Source: Candidatus Dojkabacteria bacterium UBA4813 (lineage in GTDB: Bacteria; Patescibacteriota; Dojkabacteria; SC72). From it: 33,078 nucleotides of DNA. The stretch spans positions 1 through 33,078 of the forward strand of contig DHFX01000007.1 in assembly GCA_002402455.1 (NCBI GenBank), in the 5' to 3' direction. This document shows positions 27,723 to 33,078 of the stretch, piece after piece. The notes under the pieces are model-generated. The model worked only from the letters and a program-made list of their open reading frames with translations, ran no database searches and was not told the origin of the DNA. The position numbers and the translations under genes were made by a program. Numbering within the stretch: the first letter of the stretch is position 1; the number at the start of each line of letters is the position of its first letter.

Positions 27723-29162
27723 ATGAACCTAACAATAACCCAACTAAGAGAGAAATTAGTTAAAAAAGAGATATCTGCTAAAGAGATAGTACAATACTAC
27801 CTAGACAGAATAGAAAAACTAGATAAATCTCTTAATACATACATCAGCGTCTTTGCAGAAGATTCCCTCAAACAGGCAGAGGATTTAGACAACGACTTTA
27901 ACAAACTTAAAGAGAACAAACTTGCAGGAATACCAGTATCTGTTAAAGACATATTCTCTACAGAAGGACTTCCTACTACAGCAGCATCCAAGATCTTAGA
28001 AGGTTACAAACCTGTTTATGATGCTACCGTTATTAAAAAACTTAAAAAGGAAGAAGCTATTTTAATTGGAAAAACTAACCTAGACCAGTTCTGTCATGGA
28101 TCCGGAACGGAAACATCTTACTTCGGACCATCCAGAAACCCATGGGACACAGAAAGACTCCCCGGGGGCTCTAGTGGAGGCTCTGCAGCTGCTTTAGCCG
28201 CAGATCTATGTACTACCTCCATAGGGACAGAAACAGCAGGTTCTATTCGCCTACCTGCGTCATGGTGTGGAATTGTAGGACTTAAACCTACCTACTCAAG
28301 AGTATCCAGGTACGGAGTATTAGCAATGGGTTCTTCACTAGACAGCCCGGGTCCACTTACTAAGAGTGTAGAGGATGCGGCGTACATGCTTGGTATTATG
28401 GCAGGGTATGACGAGAATGACTTTACATCCTCTAAGATAGAAGTTCCTAATTACTATGAAAATCTAGATGCAAGTAAAATAAAGGGTATGAAGATTGCAC
28501 TACCTAAGGAATATCTGGAATTAGAATTAGAGGAAGGTGTAAGGAAGAATTTTCTTAACGCCATAGATATATTAAAGAAATTAGGGGCAAATATACAGGA
28601 AGTGAATATATTAGATCCTAAATACGGTATAGCAGTTTACACAATAACATGCAGAAGTGAGGTTTCATCTAACTTAGCAAGGTATGACGGAACAAGATAC
28701 GGTTACGAAGGAAGCGAAAGTAAGAACATAATAGACCTGTATGAATCTACAAGGGGAGAAGGATTTGGGGAAGAGAATAAAAGAAGGATTATGACAGGGA
28801 CATTTTCATTATCCGCAGGATACGCAGATGAATACTTTAAGAAGTCAGAGCAGGTCAGACAACTGATTAAAGAAGATTTAAATAATATTCTTAAGGAATA
28901 TGACCTTATCATAGGACCTACTACTCCATCCATAGCACTAAAAGACAAGGATGCCAAAAATCCCCTTTTTGGAGAATTAGCGGATGTTCTTGCAGAAGGT
29001 AGTTCTGAAGCAGGTCTTCCGGGAATATCCATACCCTCCGGTTTAAGTGAAGGTATGCCAACGGGTATTCAGTTCATAGGTAAACACTTTGACGAGCAGA
29101 CAATATTAAATGCCTCATTTGCCCTAGAAAAAGAAATTGGGAGAATGATATTAGATATATAA
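27723..29162 (+). CDS. gatA: Asp-tRNA(Asn)/Glu-tRNA(Gln) amidotransferase subunit A
   Basis: GIPVSVKD, GKTNLDQF, PGGSSGGSAAA, GTETAGSIRLPASWCG.VGLKPTY.RVSRYG, SSNLARYDG.RYG, RRIM.GTF.LSAGY. Confidence 0.95.
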   Translation: MNLTITQLREKLVKKEISAKEIVQYYLDRIEKLDKSLNTYISVFAEDSLKQAEDLDNDFNKLKENKLAGIPVSVKDIFSTEGLPTTAASKILEGYKPVYDATVIKKLKKEEAILIGKTNLDQFCHGSGTETSYFGPSRNPWDTERLPGGSSGGSAAALAADLCTTSIGTETAGSIRLPASWCGIVGLKPTYSRVSRYGVLAMGSSLDSPGPLTKSVEDAAYMLGIMAGYDENDFTSSKIEVPNYYENLDASKIKGMKIALPKEYLELELEEGVRKNFLNAIDILKKLGANIQEVNILDPKYGIAVYTITCRSEVSSNLARYDGTRYGYEGSESKNIIDLYESTRGEGFGEENKRRIMTGTFSLSAGYADEYFKKSEQVRQLIKEDLNNILKEYDLIIGPTTPSIALKDKDAKNPLFGELADVLAEGSSEAGLPGISIPSGLSEGMPTGIQFIGKHFDEQTILNASFALEKEIGRMILDI

Positions 29163-29207
29163 GAAGAAGTTACTCCTTAGGAGATATTATCCTGTATAAT
29201 ATAATAT

Positions 29208-30131
29208 ATGTCCACAGTAAGAGTAAGATATGCCCCAGATATTAGAAATTACAGATACCTAATACACCCCCTAAAAGAGAGTGCTCCAATAGTAGAAGGT
29301 TTTCTTTATACTAAAAAACAGAGAGATATTCTTAACCAATATTTTCATAAAGGAATAGACTATGCCTCCGGGTATAAGATACCCGTATATGCCAGTGCCG
29401 ACGGTTATGCCGTAGCAGGTTACCAAAGATATACAGTTCTAAATGAAGATAATACTCCAAAGTTATACAATGGTAAGCCTTTTTCCTGTGGACTTGGCTA
29501 TTTTATTCAGATCTACCACCCTTACAAAATTTCCAAAGTTAAAGGAGGAAGAATAACAATATATGGACATCTTTCTAAATTTGCAAATGGCATTTATGCT
29601 AAAACAGATAAACCATTAAAGATAGATTACAAGAAGGGAATAATTAAAAATAATGAAGAGAGGAGAAAATACAAAAAAGGAAAAGAGAAAATAGAAGAAA
29701 AGATAAAGAGTACAAGAAAACTTATATGGAAATACCCTTGGATTAAAAAACTATATGGTTTTTCTTTCTCGAATGATATTACCAAGAAAGAATCATACCT
29801 ATACACTCCACAAGAATTAAAAAGATTACATAAGGAAGGCAGTAAATATGTCAAATGGGTTAAGCAGGGAGATATTATCGGTTATACAGGCACATCGGGA
29901 ATAATACACGGAAGACCTAAATACAGAGAGAATCTAAGTAGACCTAATATTAGAGAATTTTCTACTTGGGACGAGAGTCACTTACACTTCCAAGAAGCTA
30001 GTAGAGATATAAAAACGGGAAAGAAAATATTAAATAGAGATCCTTATGGTATATATCTTAGTAAAGAGCATTATAATCAGTTTCCTTACGATACTCTTTT
30101 TATTGATTTTGAGAAAAAGATTTCTTTGTAA
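29208..30131 (+). CDS. M23 family metallopeptidase-like protein with large basic insertion
   Basis: HKGIDY...PVYASADG, YGHL, VKQGDIIGYTGTSG, HLHF...DP motifs. Confidence 0.8.
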   Translation: MSTVRVRYAPDIRNYRYLIHPLKESAPIVEGFLYTKKQRDILNQYFHKGIDYASGYKIPVYASADGYAVAGYQRYTVLNEDNTPKLYNGKPFSCGLGYFIQIYHPYKISKVKGGRITIYGHLSKFANGIYAKTDKPLKIDYKKGIIKNNEERRKYKKGKEKIEEKIKSTRKLIWKYPWIKKLYGFSFSNDITKKESYLYTPQELKRLHKEGSKYVKWVKQGDIIGYTGTSGIIHGRPKYRENLSRPNIREFSTWDESHLHFQEASRDIKTGKKILNRDPYGIYLSKEHYNQFPYDTLFIDFEKKISL

Positions 30132-30145
30132 TATATTATATACAA

Positions 30146-31279
30146 ATGAAAGCAACAAAAACCCTGCCCATAATCGGAATGGCTTTTGGAAGTTTACTAA
30201 TACTACTTTCCTTAGCTTTTATGTTTTTAACTCTCCCTACTCCAAATGTAAATACTCCCAATCAAGTAGAAGGGGAAGTAGAAGGGGAAATAGAACCTCA
30301 GAAAAATACATCGGAAGAATTGAAAGAGGAAGTTATCCCTTACGTATTAAAAGAATCCGGTTGGATTCCTGATTGGGGTTTTGATTTAGGACTGGAAAGT
30401 TTAGAGAACAATCTTGGGGTTGTAGATACTGCCCTACCCGTTCTTTACACGGTAGATAAAGAGGGAAATATAACTTCCAGAGGTGTGTCAGAAGAAAAGA
30501 TAGAAGAGCTAGTTTCTTTTTGTAGAGAAAATTATATAAAGATAATTCCTACGGTCGGATCGTACGACTTTGAATCTACTGCTAGTGCTTTTAAAGATGA
30601 TTCCTCTTACAAAAAACAGATAGAAAAAATAATTGATGAGGTTGAAAGATATGGTTTTCACGGCATAGACCTAGATTACGAAATGGTAGATAGTGCTTAC
30701 AAAGAAAATTTTCTTAAATTTCTTAAAGAGCTAAGTGAAGAATTAGAAAAGAGAGATAAGATCCTATCTGTTACTGTTTTTGCTAAGTGGGATGATGCTA
30801 ATTACACAGATCATCAAGAGACAAGAATTGTTCAAGATTATTCGGAGATTAGTAAGTATGCAGATGAGGTTAGAATAATGGCATATGACTATACCCTTCA
30901 GTCTTCAGAGATTCCCGGACCAATTGCTCCGATAAATTGGGTAAGGGATGTTTTAGAGTATGCTGTAGAGAGGATACCAAGAGAGAAGATATGGCTAGGT
31001 GTTCATCTATATGGTTACCAATGGGATAGTGGTAAAACAATAGCTTTTACATATACTACAGCTCTTAGTGCCATCATAAATGATCCGGATATAGAATATG
31101 TGTATAAAGAAAATATTGGAGAGGCTTATTCTTCCTTTAATTGTGGTGATGGATATATTTGCAAGGCATACTTCCAATCTCCGGAAGGTATTGCAGATAG
31201 GAGAGCATTAGCAGAAGAATATAACATAGCAGGGATATCTTACTGGAGACTTGGGGGAGAGTTAGATCTATTAAAATAA
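30146..31279 (+). CDS. glycoside hydrolase family 18 protein, membrane anchored
   Basis: N-terminal TM; GFHGIDLDYE (GIDxDxE; His at the usual first Asp), IMAYDY, PGPIAP..WV, KIWLGV..YGY.W, GISYWRLG. Confidence 0.9.
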   Translation: MKATKTLPIIGMAFGSLLILLSLAFMFLTLPTPNVNTPNQVEGEVEGEIEPQKNTSEELKEEVIPYVLKESGWIPDWGFDLGLESLENNLGVVDTALPVLYTVDKEGNITSRGVSEEKIEELVSFCRENYIKIIPTVGSYDFESTASAFKDDSSYKKQIEKIIDEVERYGFHGIDLDYEMVDSAYKENFLKFLKELSEELEKRDKILSVTVFAKWDDANYTDHQETRIVQDYSEISKYADEVRIMAYDYTLQSSEIPGPIAPINWVRDVLEYAVERIPREKIWLGVHLYGYQWDSGKTIAFTYTTALSAIINDPDIEYVYKENIGEAYSSFNCGDGYICKAYFQSPEGIADRRALAEEYNIAGISYWRLGGELDLLK

Positions 31280-31314
31280 AAGAGAGCTTTCAAAAGCTTC
31301 TAAAATTTCTATTA

Positions 31315-31779
31315 TCATTTTTTATTCTTTTGCTGGTTTCTATCTTTCAAAAATAAGATCACAATTATTATTGTTGTTACAATATAAATTATAAAGACAA
31401 AAGCTAAACCTAAGATAGAGAAGATAACTCCTAAATTTTCTGAGATAAGATCTGGAAATGTGATATTACTACTTCCCTCTCCTAAAATGGAAGGAGAATT
31501 TAAGGGAAAAACAAAAAACACTAATGATACGAAGAAAAGTGGGGAAAGAATGATAGATAAATTGTTTATTATCAGACTTGTTTTTAATGGACCTTTTTTC
31601 AAATTTTTAATAACTAATAGCAAGGATACAACACCCAAGGCAGGAACAGCAGACCAAATGGGGAGATACACACCTACTAATACCAAGATTGGGAAGAGAA
31701 GCACTAGAACTAATTGGATAACAAATAATACTTTTATATTTTGTAACATGGATCTCTGTTTATATATTGCTACTATCAT
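31315..31779 (-). CDS. hypothetical 4-TM membrane protein
   Basis: Four hydrophobic segments; true start may be ATG 31749 (MLQNIK). Confidence 0.65.
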   Translation of the reverse strand: MIVAIYKQRSMLQNIKVLFVIQLVLVLLFPILVLVGVYLPIWSAVPALGVVSLLLVIKNLKKGPLKTSLIINNLSIILSPLFFVSLVFFVFPLNSPSILGEGSSNITFPDLISENLGVIFSILGLAFVFIIYIVTTIIIVILFLKDRNQQKNKK

Positions 31780-31888
31780 CCTATCATAAAATAATAGTAA
31801 TGGAAAAATATGTTTTAACTTTTACACTAAAGAGTATTGACTCTATTGAATATATGGGAGGGTTGTTAGAGCAATCATGGAGAGATAA

Positions 31889-31964
31889 TGGTGAGGCGCC
31901 TGGGACTCGAACCCAGCACCTACTGCTTAAAAGGCAGTTGCTCTACCGGATGAGCTAGCGCCCC
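31889..31964 (-). tRNA. tRNA-Lys(TTT)
   Basis: GGGGCGC/GCGCCTC acceptor, anticodon stem ACTGC/GCAGT with loop CTTTTAA, GGTTCGAGTCC, encoded CCA. Confidence 0.95.
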
Positions 31965-32032
31965 AAATATCTTTAAAAGACCCGTTATTATACTACTAAT
32001 ATTTTAGATATTACAAGATAAAAAGATCTAAC

Positions 32033-32536
32033 CTAAGAAGAAAGATTTAGATCCTTAATAATATAATCGTAAAAATCCTCAATCCCATCTTCTAAGTGAA
32101 ATCCCGTAACAGTAACAGACCTTAGTACCATCTTAAGAGGTAGAAGACCCTTATTTATCCTATTCCTCTTCCATCTCTTCCATTCAGAAACAACCAAATC
32201 TTCAACCATATTTCCATTACTTAATTTCATTAGAGAGTCAACTGCATTAGTAATAATAGGCCAACCTAAAAAACTTTTGTAAGAAGAATTAAATTGGGTT
32301 AAACCGTATTTAGAAAAAACAAAATAATCATAAGGAGGTAAAATCTCTTTATTCTCTTCACTAATTAAGAAATCATTGTACAAAACAACAGATTTAGTAC
32401 TATCCTTTAAAACTAACTCTTTAAAGGTTCTGGGATAATCCTCAAGAAGTTTTTCCACATAATAACTATTCTTAGCTTCGATATTACTACTATCTCCCAC
32501 TTCAAAAAGGTCTTGTTCCAAACGAATATTTTCCAT
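32033..32536 (-). CDS. hypothetical protein
   Basis: ORF downstream of rnhB; ATG 32536 (MENIRL) has TATACT 8 nt upstream. Confidence 0.65.
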   Translation of the reverse strand: MENIRLEQDLFEVGDSSNIEAKNSYYVEKLLEDYPRTFKELVLKDSTKSVVLYNDFLISEENKEILPPYDYFVFSKYGLTQFNSSYKSFLGWPIITNAVDSLMKLSNGNMVEDLVVSEWKRWKRNRINKGLLPLKMVLRSVTVTGFHLEDGIEDFYDYIIKDLNLSS

Positions 32537-32562
32537 TGCATCGAAGTATAACACAAATAAAA

Positions 32563-33078
32563 TTAAGAGAAATGATCATTAATAGGTGAGAAACTCTTAC
32601 GATGTATCTTAGTTATACCAAACTTCTTTATAGCTTCAATATGCTCTTTTGTACCATAACCCACATTAGTATCAAAACCATATTGAGGATACCTCTCATG
32701 ATACTCCCTCATTATCCTATCCCTAGTAACCTTCGCCAATACAGAACCTGCGGATATAGAATAATGATACAAATCCCCCTTCTTAATCTTATCCATCTTG
32801 TACCTTGGAATACTCAAAATATTAGGACCATCAGCAATAATATAGTTGATTCTTTCATTTAACTTCCCCTCTACAACCTCCAAAACAGTAATCATTGCTT
32901 TTAATACGGCCTTCTGTATACCAATTCTATCTATCTCGGAAGCACTTACTATACCGACACCATATGCAAGAACAGACTCCTTTATCTTCTCAAAAGCCTC
33001 ATTCCTTTGTTTGCCTGTCATCTTCTTACTGTCTCTTACAGTTGGAATAATCTCACTCTCTTTGGTAATAACAACACC
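32563..33078 (-). CDS. rnhB: ribonuclease HII (5' partial)
   Basis: Frame open to the window edge (..VRDSKKMT..R); EIDRIGI, DG, KGD....ISAGSVLAKVTRD, YP.YGF..N.GYGT..H, HRKSF. Confidence 0.95.
   Translation of the reverse strand, partial: GVVITKESEIIPTVRDSKKMTGKQRNEAFEKIKESVLAYGVGIVSASEIDRIGIQKAVLKAMITVLEVVEGKLNERINYIIADGPNILSIPRYKMDKIKKGDLYHYSISAGSVLAKVTRDRIMREYHERYPQYGFDTNVGYGTKEHIEAIKKFGITKIHRKSFSPINDHFS

Noticed and set aside
31767-31958. 63-aa plus-strand ORF
   Set aside because: Runs antisense through tRNA-Lys; spurious

Overview
AT-rich bacterial chromosome segment. Gene content and style (compact uvrC, stand-alone gatA, leaderless-looking genes, giant C-terminally anchored surface protein) suggest a Patescibacteria/CPR organism, possibly Dojkabacteria-like; this is inference. 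Housekeeping content: uvrC, dnaE, rplS, gpmI, dedA, DUF192, HelD-like helicase, gatA, partial rnhB, tRNA-Gln/Gly/Lys, several cell-wall/glycan hydrolase-like genes and a 2158-aa beta-helix/Ig-like surface protein. The most notable signal is non-coding. (1) Two near-identical type III hammerhead ribozymes (26555-26608, 27045-27096) each follow a conserved structured hairpin and lie in the 3' region of a small orphan membrane/coiled-coil gene; their cleavage sites are 489 nt apart and bracket one complete gene. (2) Three orphan genes (599-1321, 25943-26419, 26706-26969) share an rRNA-operon-like layout: sigma70 promoter, boxA-like motif and strong SD, and in two cases a long-range helix pairs the 5' leader with the sequence at the stop codon. 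Also, the rplS stop codon lies inside tRNA-Gly, and two adjacent genes look like pseudo-enzymes.
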